Positions 9,823 through 18,780 of a stretch of 64,000 nt of DNA are shown piece after piece. Both the position numbers and the translations under genes were made by a program. Under the pieces are notes generated by a model, which was given only the letters and a program-made list of their open reading frames with translations, was not told the DNA's origin and searched no databases. Origin of the DNA: an uncultured Planctomycetaceae bacterium (GTDB taxonomy: Bacteria; Planctomycetota; Planctomycetia; Planctomycetales; Planctomycetaceae); contig CAWFGE010000019.1 of assembly GCA_963815195.1 (NCBI GenBank), positions 64,001-128,000 of the forward strand, in the 5' to 3' direction. Numbering within the stretch: position 1 is the first letter of the stretch; each line of letters begins with the position of its first letter.

Positions 9823-10392
9823 TTGCCCGACGTCACCCGCATCTTGTCGCAGATTGAAGCCGGTGATCCGTCGGCGGGAGAGCAACTCTTACCGCTGGTG
9901 TATGACGAACTGCGAAAGTTGGCCGCGGCCAGGATGTTTCAAGAGAAGCCGGGGCAAACGCTGCAAGCGACTGCATTGGTGCACGAGGCTTATCTCCGGT
10001 TGGTGGATGTCGAGCAGGCCCAGCATTGGAACAGCCGAGGGCATTTTTTCGGGGCGGCGGCCGAGGCCATGCGAAGGATTCTGGTCGAGAACGCCCGGAG
10101 AAAAAGCGGACCCAAAGCGGGTGGCGTGCATTGCCGAATGGAATTGTCGGAAGTGGCGGTGGAAATTCAGAAACGTGACGTGGATCTGATCGCTTTGAGC
10201 GAATCGCTCGACAAGTTGCAAAGCCAGGATCCCCGGGCCGCGGAGTTGGTCAAGCTGCGTTTTTTTGCCGGGTTGACCCGGCGTCAGGCGGCAGAGGCCC
10301 TCGGTATATCTGTCGCAACGGCTGATAATGACTGGGCTTACGCAAAAGGTTGGCTGAAGGCGGAACTTGCGGGAACATTCGGCTCCGGATGA
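9823..10392 (+). CDS. ECF-type RNA polymerase sigma factor (TIGR02999 / ECF43-like, kinase-associated)
   Basis: DVTRIL..LLPLVYDELRKLAA..TLQATALVHEAYLRL..FFGAAAEAMRRILVE..LRFFAGL..W..AKGWL. TTG start after GAGG. Confidence 0.92.
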   Translation: MPDVTRILSQIEAGDPSAGEQLLPLVYDELRKLAAARMFQEKPGQTLQATALVHEAYLRLVDVEQAQHWNSRGHFFGAAAEAMRRILVENARRKSGPKAGGVHCRMELSEVAVEIQKRDVDLIALSESLDKLQSQDPRAAELVKLRFFAGLTRRQAAEALGISVATADNDWAYAKGWLKAELAGTFGSG

Positions 10393-10496
10393 AAAGCTGG
10401 CTTTTTTCCAAAATCTCAAGAATTCGTTAGAGCTTTTGCCGGCCATTCTCGCACTGACTCACAGAACTGTGTCAAAGCGGGAGGTGCAGGCGAATC

Positions 10497-13400
10497 ATGG
10501 CTGGCGAAATCCTCGACGAAAAAGCGATCTTCAACGTCGCCCGGAAAATCGATTCGGAGGAGGCGAGAGCGGAATATCTGCACCAGGTCTGCGGGGCCGA
10601 TGGAAATCTGTTTGAGCGAGTGGACACGCTGCTCCGCGCGTACGAAGAGCAGGCGAGCTTTCTGGAATCGCCCGCCGCCGATAGCTTCTCTCCCACGATT
10701 GATCAACCGCCGTTAGAAGAGCCCGGCACGCAGATCGGCCCCTACAAGTTGCTGCAACAGATCGGCGAAGGGGGCATGGGCGTGGTCTATATGGCCGAGC
10801 AGTCCGAGCCGGTGGAACGGCGGGTCGCCCTGAAGATCATCAAGCCCGGCATGGATACTCGGCAAGTCATCGCGCGGTTCGAGGCCGAGCGGCAGGCGCT
10901 GGCGATGATGGATCATCCCCACATCGCCAAGGTGCTCGACGCGGGCGCGACCGACAGCGGCCGGCCGTATTTCGTGATGGAATTGGTCAAAGGCGTTCCG
11001 ATCACGCAATACTGCGACGAACGCCATCTGACGCCGAAGCAGCGATTGGAGTTGTTTCTTTCCGTGCTCCTGGCCGTTCAGCACGCGCACCAAAAAGGCA
11101 TTATTCACCGCGACATCAAGCCCACCAACGTGCTGGTGGCGGAATATGACGACAGGCCGGTGCCCAAGGTGATCGACTTCGGCGTGGCCAAGGCCACCAG
11201 CCAGAAGCTAACCGAGAAGACCATGTTCACGGAATACGGGCAACTCGTGGGCACGCTCGATTACATGAGTCCCGAGCAGGCCAAGCTCAACCAGATGGAC
11301 ATCGACACGCGGAGCGACATCTATTCGCTGGGCGTCCTGCTCTATGAACTGTTGACGGGCGACACGCCTTTCGATCGTACCCGCCTGCGGTCCGCCGCTT
11401 TTGAGGAGATGATGCGGATCATCCGCGAGGAAGAGCCGCCCAAGCCCAGCACCCGGCTCAGCACCAGCCAGATGTTGGCTTCCGTTTCCGCCAATCGCAA
11501 CACCGAACCCAGAAAACTCAGCACGCTGGTCAAGGGGGACTTGGATTGGATCGTGATGAAGGCCTTGGACAAGGACCGGGGCCGGCGTTACGAGACCGCC
11601 AACGGCTTCGCGGCCGACCTTCAGCGGTATCTGGACAACGAACCGGTCGAGGCTTGCCCGCCGTCTGCGACATATCGGCTGACAAAGTTCGCAAGGCGAA
11701 ACCGGGGCGTACTGTTGACAACAGCGGTTATCGCGCTGGCCTTGGTCTTGGGAACCGCAGTCAGCACGTGGCAGGCCATCCGCGCGATCCACGCGGAGAG
11801 CCAAGCCCGAGACAACGAGACACGCGCAATCGGCGAGGAACGTAAAGCCAACGCCGAAAGAGAACGGGCGGCGGCCAGCGAAAAACAAGCCGAGGCCGAT
11901 TTCCAAAAGGCGCTGGAAGCCGTCGATCGCATGTTGTTCCGCGTCGCGGATGATGCGCTCCGCAACGTGCCCCAAATGGTGCCAGTGCAAGAGAAGGTTT
12001 TCAGGGATGCCGTCGAGTTTTACGAAAAGCTGCTCGCAGATCGTCCCCGTGATCCTAAGTTGCGTTTTGCAACCGCGATGGCCTGCAAGAACCTTATCGG
12101 ACACGATAAGGTTGGCAAACCCCAGAAAATGCTGCAACGCGCCCTGGAAATACTTAACGAACTGCATGAGGAATCGCCTGAGGACTCGGAGGTTCGGCAT
12201 GCTCTCGCGCATTGCTATAACTGGCTGGGATGGAAGGGTGGGGACAGTCTCATTTCAGCGGAAAATTGCCATCGCCGTGCAATCGAGTTGATGCTTCCAC
12301 TGAAGGACTCACGTCCCGAAGACCTGGCACGCAGCTATGGGAGCCTCGCAGTGAATCTGAAGGCACAACGCCGGTTCGATGAGGCCGAGCAGACGTTTCG
12401 AATGGCGCTGGAGTTTGGCTCCGATGACGGGCAGGTTTACCACGGACTGGCGCTTTTGCTGGAACGGGTCGGACGCGTTTCGGAAGCGATCGACGCCATG
12501 AATCGCGCAATTGATGCAGCGCAAAATTCCATCCACGACTCCTCCAAATGGAGAACAAATGCTGAGGAAAGACTCGCTTCCGACCATTCTCACCTGGGTA
12601 GCATGCTGATTCGTGCCCAGCGACCGGAAGAGTCCCTGCCGCATCTTCTGAAGTCTCAACAGATTTATGAACGTCTGGCGCGCGACTTTCCCAGTTTGGA
12701 CCGATTCAGCGGCGCGTTAGACCGGTCACGGGCTGCGTTGGTGGGGGCCTACCACACACTCAAGAAAGATGAAGCTGCTCGGCAGATCCTGGTTCAACTC
12801 CAACCCAGCACGGCGCAGGAATATCTGACACGGGGTAATCTGCGCAAAACGCTGGGGGAGATGCCAGAGGCTCTCGCCGACTACGACAAGGCCATTGAAC
12901 TCGACCCCGCGAATGCCAAGGCGTATTTACAACGCCAGCTTCTCCATCAGGAATTGGGCCAATTCGATCAGGCTGTGATCGATCTGACGCACAGGCGCGC
13001 TCTGATGCCGGAGAGATCGGACATTCACAACAGTCTCGGCGTCGCCCTCGACAAAAAGGGAGATCTGGACGAGGCCATCGCCTGCTACGAAAAGGCTATC
13101 GAACTTGATCCGAATTACGCTCTAGCGCACAGCAATCTCGGCGCCGCGTGGGCGAAGAAAGGATTGCATGACAAGGCCATCGCCTGCGACAAGAAGGCCA
13201 TCGAACTTAGTGAGCAATTGGTCGCTGATTTTCCCGAGAATTCGAGTTACCAGGGGAGTCTGAAGAAGTGCCACGACTCGTTCGCCGTCAACGTTCGGAG
13301 AGTGGACCCGATCGAGCGGGCGGAGCAAGTCCGTCTTGATGCTCTCGCGTTTTACGAGGCGTTGGCCAAACAGTTTCCAAAGCGTTCCGCCGCGCATCGT

Positions 13401-14705
13401 GCGCGAGAGGCCGCCATGCGTGAGAGCCTGGCCGAATTGTTGAAAACGACGAACCGACCTCAGGAGGTCGAGGAGCACTATCGCCGTGCTCAGGCGATCT
13501 GGCAGCAGCTCGTCGTCGAGTTGCCTGAAAAGCCAGAGTACGCGGTCCGTCTCGCGGTCGGCGACACTCGGCTAGGAAAATGGCTTGCCGCTCAAAGTCA
13601 TTTTAAGGCAGCGGAGGCGGCCTACCGTCAAGCGGTTCAAGGATATGAGAAACTCGCCAGGGAATTCCCCAAAAGCAGCGGTTACCAGATCAATCTGGCC
13701 GATTGTCACACGGATCTCGGCGATTTTCTGGCTCGCTCAGCCCGGCTTGGCGAGGCGGAACAATCGCACCGGCAGGCCGTCACGTTGCTGGAAAAACTGG
13801 TTGTGGATGACCCGGGCAATTCTGCCTATCGGGCCAGGCTGGCCCACAAGCAAAACTGGCTCAGCGGCGCGCTCAAGGCGTTGGGCCGCGACACGGAGGC
13901 CGAAGAGGCGATACGACAGGCCCTATGGACTTTCGAGAATCTCGCCGCCGAATTTCCAGAAGTCGCCGATTACCGCTACAACTTAGCTTGGGAGCATCTT
14001 TACCTTTCTAATCAGATGTTGGCTGCCAGTCGGACTGCCGAGGCGGAAAGGGAGAATGCTCAGGCTCTCGATCTGTTCGCGGCCGTCGCCGCCGAGGCGC
14101 CTACGAACGCCAAATACCGTGCAGCATTGGCGTCTACTCATCACAGATTGGCAATGCAATTTTTGGCCGGCCAGCGGTTCGAAGAGGCCGCGAACGCTTA
14201 CGGCCAAGCCGTGGATCTTTCGCGGCAACTGGTCGCCGATTTTCCCACGAAGTCAGAGTATCCCAAGAGTCTCGCTCTCAACTGCAACAATTTGGCTTGG
14301 CTTCTGGGAACGTGTCCCGAGGCTGGCGTCCGCGATGCCGTCCGAGCGGTTGAGCTAGCCGCAAAGGCAGTCGAGTTGGAGCCGAAGCAGGCGATGTATT
14401 GGAACACGCTTGGCGCGGCCGAGTACCACGCCGGCAATTATCGCGACTCCATAAAAGCGTTTGAAAAATCAACTCAGTTAAGCGCCGATCAACCCGAGAA
14501 TGCCCGCAACACGAGCTTCGATGCCTTCTTCCTGGCCATGGCCCACTGGCAACTCGGCGAGAAGGACGAGGCCCGCAAGTGGTACGACCAGGCCGTCGCG
14601 TGGATGGAAAAGAACAGGCCCAAAGATGCCGAACTGCTCCGCTTTCACCAGGAAGCCGCGGAGTTGCTGGGCATCGGTGACACGAATCCCGAGACGAAAA
14701 AGTAA
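10497..14705 (+). CDS. Hanks-type Ser/Thr protein kinase with one TM helix and a long TPR region
   Basis: IGEGGMGVV, VALKII, HRDIKPTN, DFG, YMSPEQ, SDIYSLG, a hydrophobic segment near aa 405-425, then many TPR repeats. Confidence 0.96.
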   Translation: MAGEILDEKAIFNVARKIDSEEARAEYLHQVCGADGNLFERVDTLLRAYEEQASFLESPAADSFSPTIDQPPLEEPGTQIGPYKLLQQIGEGGMGVVYMAEQSEPVERRVALKIIKPGMDTRQVIARFEAERQALAMMDHPHIAKVLDAGATDSGRPYFVMELVKGVPITQYCDERHLTPKQRLELFLSVLLAVQHAHQKGIIHRDIKPTNVLVAEYDDRPVPKVIDFGVAKATSQKLTEKTMFTEYGQLVGTLDYMSPEQAKLNQMDIDTRSDIYSLGVLLYELLTGDTPFDRTRLRSAAFEEMMRIIREEEPPKPSTRLSTSQMLASVSANRNTEPRKLSTLVKGDLDWIVMKALDKDRGRRYETANGFAADLQRYLDNEPVEACPPSATYRLTKFARRNRGVLLTTAVIALALVLGTAVSTWQAIRAIHAESQARDNETRAIGEERKANAERERAAASEKQAEADFQKALEAVDRMLFRVADDALRNVPQMVPVQEKVFRDAVEFYEKLLADRPRDPKLRFATAMACKNLIGHDKVGKPQKMLQRALEILNELHEESPEDSEVRHALAHCYNWLGWKGGDSLISAENCHRRAIELMLPLKDSRPEDLARSYGSLAVNLKAQRRFDEAEQTFRMALEFGSDDGQVYHGLALLLERVGRVSEAIDAMNRAIDAAQNSIHDSSKWRTNAEERLASDHSHLGSMLIRAQRPEESLPHLLKSQQIYERLARDFPSLDRFSGALDRSRAALVGAYHTLKKDEAARQILVQLQPSTAQEYLTRGNLRKTLGEMPEALADYDKAIELDPANAKAYLQRQLLHQELGQFDQAVIDLTHRRALMPERSDIHNSLGVALDKKGDLDEAIACYEKAIELDPNYALAHSNLGAAWAKKGLHDKAIACDKKAIELSEQLVADFPENSSYQGSLKKCHDSFAVNVRRVDPIERAEQVRLDALAFYEALAKQFPKRSAAHRAREAAMRESLAELLKTTNRPQEVEEHYRRAQAIWQQLVVELPEKPEYAVRLAVGDTRLGKWLAAQSHFKAAEAAYRQAVQGYEKLAREFPKSSGYQINLADCHTDLGDFLARSARLGEAEQSHRQAVTLLEKLVVDDPGNSAYRARLAHKQNWLSGALKALGRDTEAEEAIRQALWTFENLAAEFPEVADYRYNLAWEHLYLSNQMLAASRTAEAERENAQALDLFAAVAAEAPTNAKYRAALASTHHRLAMQFLAGQRFEEAANAYGQAVDLSRQLVADFPTKSEYPKSLALNCNNLAWLLGTCPEAGVRDAVRAVELAAKAVELEPKQAMYWNTLGAAEYHAGNYRDSIKAFEKSTQLSADQPENARNTSFDAFFLAMAHWQLGEKDEARKWYDQAVAWMEKNRPKDAELLRFHQEAAELLGIGDTNPETKK

Positions 14706-14875
14706 TCAACAAGTTTGTGCCGCGCGAGTGAGCGGCAAAAAAAGTGACCGGTGAGGATCGAGCCGCCAAGCACCGCCCTCACCGGTCGGAACCCGTCCCC
14801 GGCGATCGGTCTGCGCGCGGGGGCATGGTCTATCCCATCTTATCGCGGACCGCTTTTCAGCGGGAGAGAAAGATC
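14691..14875 (+). repeat. Cargo-leader repeat copy 1 (kinase tail, hairpin, GGAAC-N16-GTCT, second stem, RBS)
   Basis: Arms GACCGGTGAGG 14746-14756 and CCTCACCGGTC 14777-14787, GGAAC 14788, GTCT 14809, CGGGAGAGA RBS. Confidence 0.9.
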
Positions 14876-16024
14876 ATGTCCAAAACATTTCGAGTGCTGG
14901 CTTTGAGTGTCGTCTTGCTGGTGTTCGCGGCAACGGTGTCCCATTTCGCGGAGGCCAAGGGTAAGCCCGGCGGAGGAGGCGGCGACACAACCGGCTATTC
15001 CATTACGGAGCTTACGCCCCCCGCCGGCTTTGACTCAAGTTATGCCAACACTGCCAACGATTTCGGCGAGGTGGCCGGCGACGCCGGTGCTGACGGCTTC
15101 GCACACGCCGCCTATTGGAAAGTGGACTCGGCCGGCCAACTCCTTTCGGCCGTCGCCTTGCCGCAACTGTTCAATCGTGCTAGCCGCGCCTTTGCCATTA
15201 GCAATTCCGGCGACGTGGTCGGCGGGTCCGACGTAGGACTCGATAACGCGGGCGACAGCATCTCTCACGCGGTGCTCTGGAGGCTCGATTCTGCGGGCAA
15301 CGTCACGAACACGACCGATCTGGGCACGCTCGGCGGCGACTACATCTACAGCGGTGCCAACGGCGTCAATGATTTTGGCTACGTCGTGGGATGGTCCCAG
15401 GTCAAAGTAGCGTCGCCCGACGAGGATCCCATGCCGCGGGCGGTGCTGTGGATCGTGGATGGCGACGGCAAACTGCTGAAGGTCGCCGCCCTGGAAACGG
15501 CCGACAGCTATGCCAACGACATCAACAACAGCGGGCAAATCGTGGGCCGAGCCTTCGACCATGCCGCCTTATGGCAGATCGACGTGGAGGGAAACGTGAT
15601 TTTCGCGACGGATCTGGGCACGCTGGGGGGCCGGAACAGCGAGGCTACGGCGATTAGCGAAACCGGTGACGTGATCGGCTACTCCGAGATGGCCGACGGA
15701 GAAGAACATGCCTTCCGGTATCGCAATGGCGTGATGGAGGACCTGGGCACGCTCGGCGGCACAAGCAGCATAGGCAACGGCGCGAACGGCAATGGGCAGG
15801 TCGTCGGCAGTTCGACATATCCCAGGAGCCAAAACTCGTTCGACCGGCACCCTTTCCTTTGGCAGAACGGCGCGATCTCCGACCTGAGCAAGGCGGGCGG
15901 CCGCTCATGGGATCTCTCTCGTGCTTCAGCAATTGATGCGGGCGGCCGGATTGCGGGGACCGGCACGCTCCAGCTCAACGGAAACACCTGGAAGACCCGC
16001 GGATACCTCTTGACCCCCCAATAG
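14876..16024 (+). CDS. Secreted protein with HAF extracellular repeats
   Basis: Signal peptide, then repeated DLGTLGG..S.A..IN..G.VVG..HA(F/V/A)LW units. Confidence 0.88.
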   Translation: MSKTFRVLALSVVLLVFAATVSHFAEAKGKPGGGGGDTTGYSITELTPPAGFDSSYANTANDFGEVAGDAGADGFAHAAYWKVDSAGQLLSAVALPQLFNRASRAFAISNSGDVVGGSDVGLDNAGDSISHAVLWRLDSAGNVTNTTDLGTLGGDYIYSGANGVNDFGYVVGWSQVKVASPDEDPMPRAVLWIVDGDGKLLKVAALETADSYANDINNSGQIVGRAFDHAALWQIDVEGNVIFATDLGTLGGRNSEATAISETGDVIGYSEMADGEEHAFRYRNGVMEDLGTLGGTSSIGNGANGNGQVVGSSTYPRSQNSFDRHPFLWQNGAISDLSKAGGRSWDLSRASAIDAGGRIAGTGTLQLNGNTWKTRGYLLTPQ

Positions 16025-16063
16025 CATCCGTGGCTGGCCCCGCTGGCTTATGAAGCAACACAT

Positions 16064-16242
16064 GAGACGAAAAAGTAATCAACAAGTTTGTGCCGCACGA
16101 GAGCGGCAAAACAAGTGACCGGTGAGGATCAGCCGCCAAGCAAGCCCTCACCGGTCGGAACCCGTCCCCGGCGATCGGTCTGCGCCGAGGGTCTGGTCAA
16201 TTCCATTCTACCGCGGACCGTGTTTCAACGGGAGAGAATACG
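16064..16242 (+). repeat. Cargo-leader repeat copy 2
   Basis: Begins with GAGACGAAAAAGTAATCAACAAGTTTGTGCCGC, identical to the kinase 3' end. Arms 16117-16127 and 16146-16156, GGAAC 16157, GTCT 16178. Confidence 0.9.
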
Positions 16243-16249
16243 ATGTTTC

Positions 16250-17239
16250 GTGTATTCCGAGGTATGCTCCAAGAGGCTGACTAGCGAGGTTTGGCGAACG
16301 GCTTTATGCGTTCCGATGGCGATGATTTGTCTAAACCTCTTTGTTGGTTCGGCACAGGCCGGACCGATGTTCGAGGCCTGGACCGCGCACGGAACGTACT
16401 TCAATGACGATTCGCCAGTGACTGCGGTTGGCAGTTACTCTGCCATCAATCCCGACCTTACTTCAAGTATTGCACTTTCCGAGTTCGCGGTTGCGGGTGC
16501 AGGGTCCGTCAAATCGTTCTCTGAACTGACTTGGAACCAAACAGGCCCCGTGCCGGTGGGAACAGTTGCTGGCGCTGCGTCTTATGCCTACCTGAGACTT
16601 GACGATCTCATGATTACCGGGGGACCGACAAATTCCTATGTCCCCGGTGTCCTGAACCTGCACGTGAGTGGCGGCGTCGGTTCCGGCGCAAGCGCGACTC
16701 CGGAAGGCACTCCGAACCTTTCCGCGGGCGCCACGACGCACGTGGCCTTTTCCGCTGTTTGGGGCGGCGGGCCTTATGGCCAGGGTGGGTTTGGAGGGAC
16801 CATCGATACCCTGGTCGGTTCCAACGGATCGAACTCGACAACCACCTCGGGCATTTTCGACAACTTCGACGGCGATGAACTGGTGAAAAGCCAAGAGTTC
16901 TATCTCCTCGTTGGTAGCCCGTTCGGCTTGACTATGCGGCTCGACACAAACGTCCAAGGATTCGGTACGAGCTACTCCAACGGAACACAGATCGACGTGA
17001 CTGCCCTCGCTGACTTCGGGAATACGATCAGCTTTGCCACCGACGGCCCGGTGTTCGACCTTCCCGACGGCTACACCGTCAACTCCGTCCAAGGGCAAAT
17101 CGTCAACAACCGCTGGCTCGGCGGTGCGCCGTCAAGCCCCGTTCCCGAACCGAATAGCCTCATACTGTGTGCAATTGGGGCTCTCGGCCTCGCCGGCCAC
17201 AACTGGCGTCAACGTACACGCGCGACAAAGTCTGCGTGA
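16250..17239 (+). CDS. PEP-CTERM sorting domain protein (start uncertain: GTG 16250 or ATG 16316)
   Basis: Signal-like ...LFVGSAQA, Ser/Thr/Gly-rich body, C-terminal VPEPNSLILCAIGALGLAGHNWRQRTR. Confidence 0.85.
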   Translation: MYSEVCSKRLTSEVWRTALCVPMAMICLNLFVGSAQAGPMFEAWTAHGTYFNDDSPVTAVGSYSAINPDLTSSIALSEFAVAGAGSVKSFSELTWNQTGPVPVGTVAGAASYAYLRLDDLMITGGPTNSYVPGVLNLHVSGGVGSGASATPEGTPNLSAGATTHVAFSAVWGGGPYGQGGFGGTIDTLVGSNGSNSTTTSGIFDNFDGDELVKSQEFYLLVGSPFGLTMRLDTNVQGFGTSYSNGTQIDVTALADFGNTISFATDGPVFDLPDGYTVNSVQGQIVNNRWLGGAPSSPVPEPNSLILCAIGALGLAGHNWRQRTRATKSA

Positions 17240-17252
17240 TCGCCTACCTAAC

Positions 17253-17377
17253 GCCGGCGAGGAACAGCCGCCAAATAGGCCCACACCGGTCGGAACCCGC
17301 CTCCGGCGCATGGTCTGCGCGGGGGGTCTGGTCAACCCCATTTTACCGCGGACCGTATTTCAACGGGAGAGATAGAT
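17253..17377 (+). repeat. Cargo-leader repeat copy 3 (no kinase tail, degenerate first hairpin)
   Basis: GCCGGCGAGGAACAGCCGCCAA...CACCGGTC, GGAAC 17292, N16, GTCT 17313, ...CCGCGGACCG..TTTCAACGGGAGAGA. Confidence 0.85.
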
Positions 17378-18475
17378 ATGTCCAAAACATTTCGAGTGCT
17401 GGCTTTGAGCGTCCTCGCGACGATGCTCGCGGCGACGGTGTCCCATTTCGCAGAGGCCAAGGGTAAGCCCGGAGGTGACGGCGGCGGCGGGGACACGGGG
17501 GGAGGCACGATTTACTTTAGCAGCAATCCCGGCGGCTTCAGCACGATGGATTCCAATGGCGGCTCTAGAACCTCGCTGGGGATCCACTCCGGTGAGCCGA
17601 GCTTCGAACTGCACAGCGGGCAACGCTGGTACGTGAATGTTCGCGAATTGGCGACCGGAGAGACCTACCCCAACGGGTTGCCCCGGAGTGAACTATTCGC
17701 CTTTAACGAAGGCGGGGCGGTCGTGCAATTGACTAATCAACCTGACCTGGAAGTCTGGTGGCAAGGGTACCGCTGGACTCCAGGGGATAACACGTCTGCG
17801 GGCGATCAGCATGTCTCGTGGACAGCGCGGCGCTGGGAAACCACGACCGACCCCATGACCGGCCAGACTGTGTTTACGGGCAATGTGGTTGATGGAGGCA
17901 TCTACCGCGCAGAGATCTCATTCGCGTTGGGCGAGCCGGTCCTACTCGAACAACCTCCTGTTCCCGTGGTGGCGGTCGAATTGGTTTCCTCTCAGGGTTT
18001 CTGGGAAGCCTATGAGGACGGTCCGACGTTCGCTCCGAACGTGCACTTCCATTCCTGGAGTCCCGGCGGAGCCTTCCTCGTCTACGACCTGCTGGACGAA
18101 CGCAACAAAGGGCTGTGGATCGCTGCCCCGAACAGCAACGATGAGCACCTTCCGGTCTCGTCGACTGGACGGAATCCCGAATGGTCACCGGATGGCGCTC
18201 TGATCGCCTATGATGGCTGGGACGGAATCGAAACAATCAATTTTGACGGCACGAATCCGAAGGCCATCATCTCTTCCACGGCCACGGTCTCCTTCTACGG
18301 GCCGCATTGGTCTCCCACCGGCAGCCACCTGACCTATTCCGCCTTCGATCATTGGTCCAAGCCGTCCGACCCGCTTCCCGGCCGAACTTACGTGTACCGC
18401 GCAACCGCCACGGGGGGTGGGAAGACGAATCTGACCAAGGATTTGAACTCAGCCTCCCCCAGAGCCTGGAGATAA
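17378..18475 (+). CDS. Secreted TolB-like (PD40/WD40-like) beta-propeller protein
   Basis: Signal peptide nearly identical to the 14876 gene. WSPGG, PEWSPDG, PHWSPTG and terminal PRAWR repeats. Confidence 0.82.
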   Translation: MSKTFRVLALSVLATMLAATVSHFAEAKGKPGGDGGGGDTGGGTIYFSSNPGGFSTMDSNGGSRTSLGIHSGEPSFELHSGQRWYVNVRELATGETYPNGLPRSELFAFNEGGAVVQLTNQPDLEVWWQGYRWTPGDNTSAGDQHVSWTARRWETTTDPMTGQTVFTGNVVDGGIYRAEISFALGEPVLLEQPPVPVVAVELVSSQGFWEAYEDGPTFAPNVHFHSWSPGGAFLVYDLLDERNKGLWIAAPNSNDEHLPVSSTGRNPEWSPDGALIAYDGWDGIETINFDGTNPKAIISSTATVSFYGPHWSPTGSHLTYSAFDHWSKPSDPLPGRTYVYRATATGGGKTNLTKDLNSASPRAWR

Positions 18476-18519
18476 TTCGATGGAACCAGGGTCTCCCCAA
18501 AATCTCTGACCCAACAAGT

Positions 18520-18610
18520 GAGACGAAAGAGCGCATGTCGCGGCGAAACAAGTGACCGGTGAGGAACAGCCGCCAGGCAAGCCCTCGCCGGTCGGAACCC
18601 GTTCCCGACA
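18520..18610 (+). repeat. Cargo-leader repeat copy 4 (3'-truncated)
   Basis: GAGACGAAA at 18520, arms 18554-18564 and 18583-18593, GGAAC 18594. The -10 and RBS part is lost. Confidence 0.8.
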
Positions 18611-18654
18611 ACGCACGTCGAACGACGAATTATTTCTCTCGCTTGTCCGCGCCG

Positions 18655-18780
18655 GGCAATCTGGGGCCGGGCATGGTGATCGAGAATTCTCCCGGCAATC
18701 TGACCGGCGGAGCCAGCCCTGCCGCCCGGAATGTGATTTCGGGAAACGGCGTGGGGTTTTCCGGAGTGTTTTCGGGCCTA
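18655..18780 (+). pseudogene. Fragment of a right-handed beta-helix repeat secreted protein
   Basis: GNLGPGMVIENSPGNLTGGASPAARNVISGNG resembles the N.IGG....ARNVISGN repeat of large planctomycete surface proteins. Confidence 0.5.

Noticed and set aside
14876..17500. Diversity-generating retroelement (TR/VR pair)
   Set aside because: No reverse transcriptase is present. Differences between the copies are not adenine-specific, and the shared part is N-terminal.
14691..18610. CRISPR array or integron interpretation of the four repeats
   Set aside because: The repeats are 90-185 bp and separated by whole genes. There are no cas genes, no IntI integrase, and no convincing RYYYAAC/GTTRRRY attC boxes.
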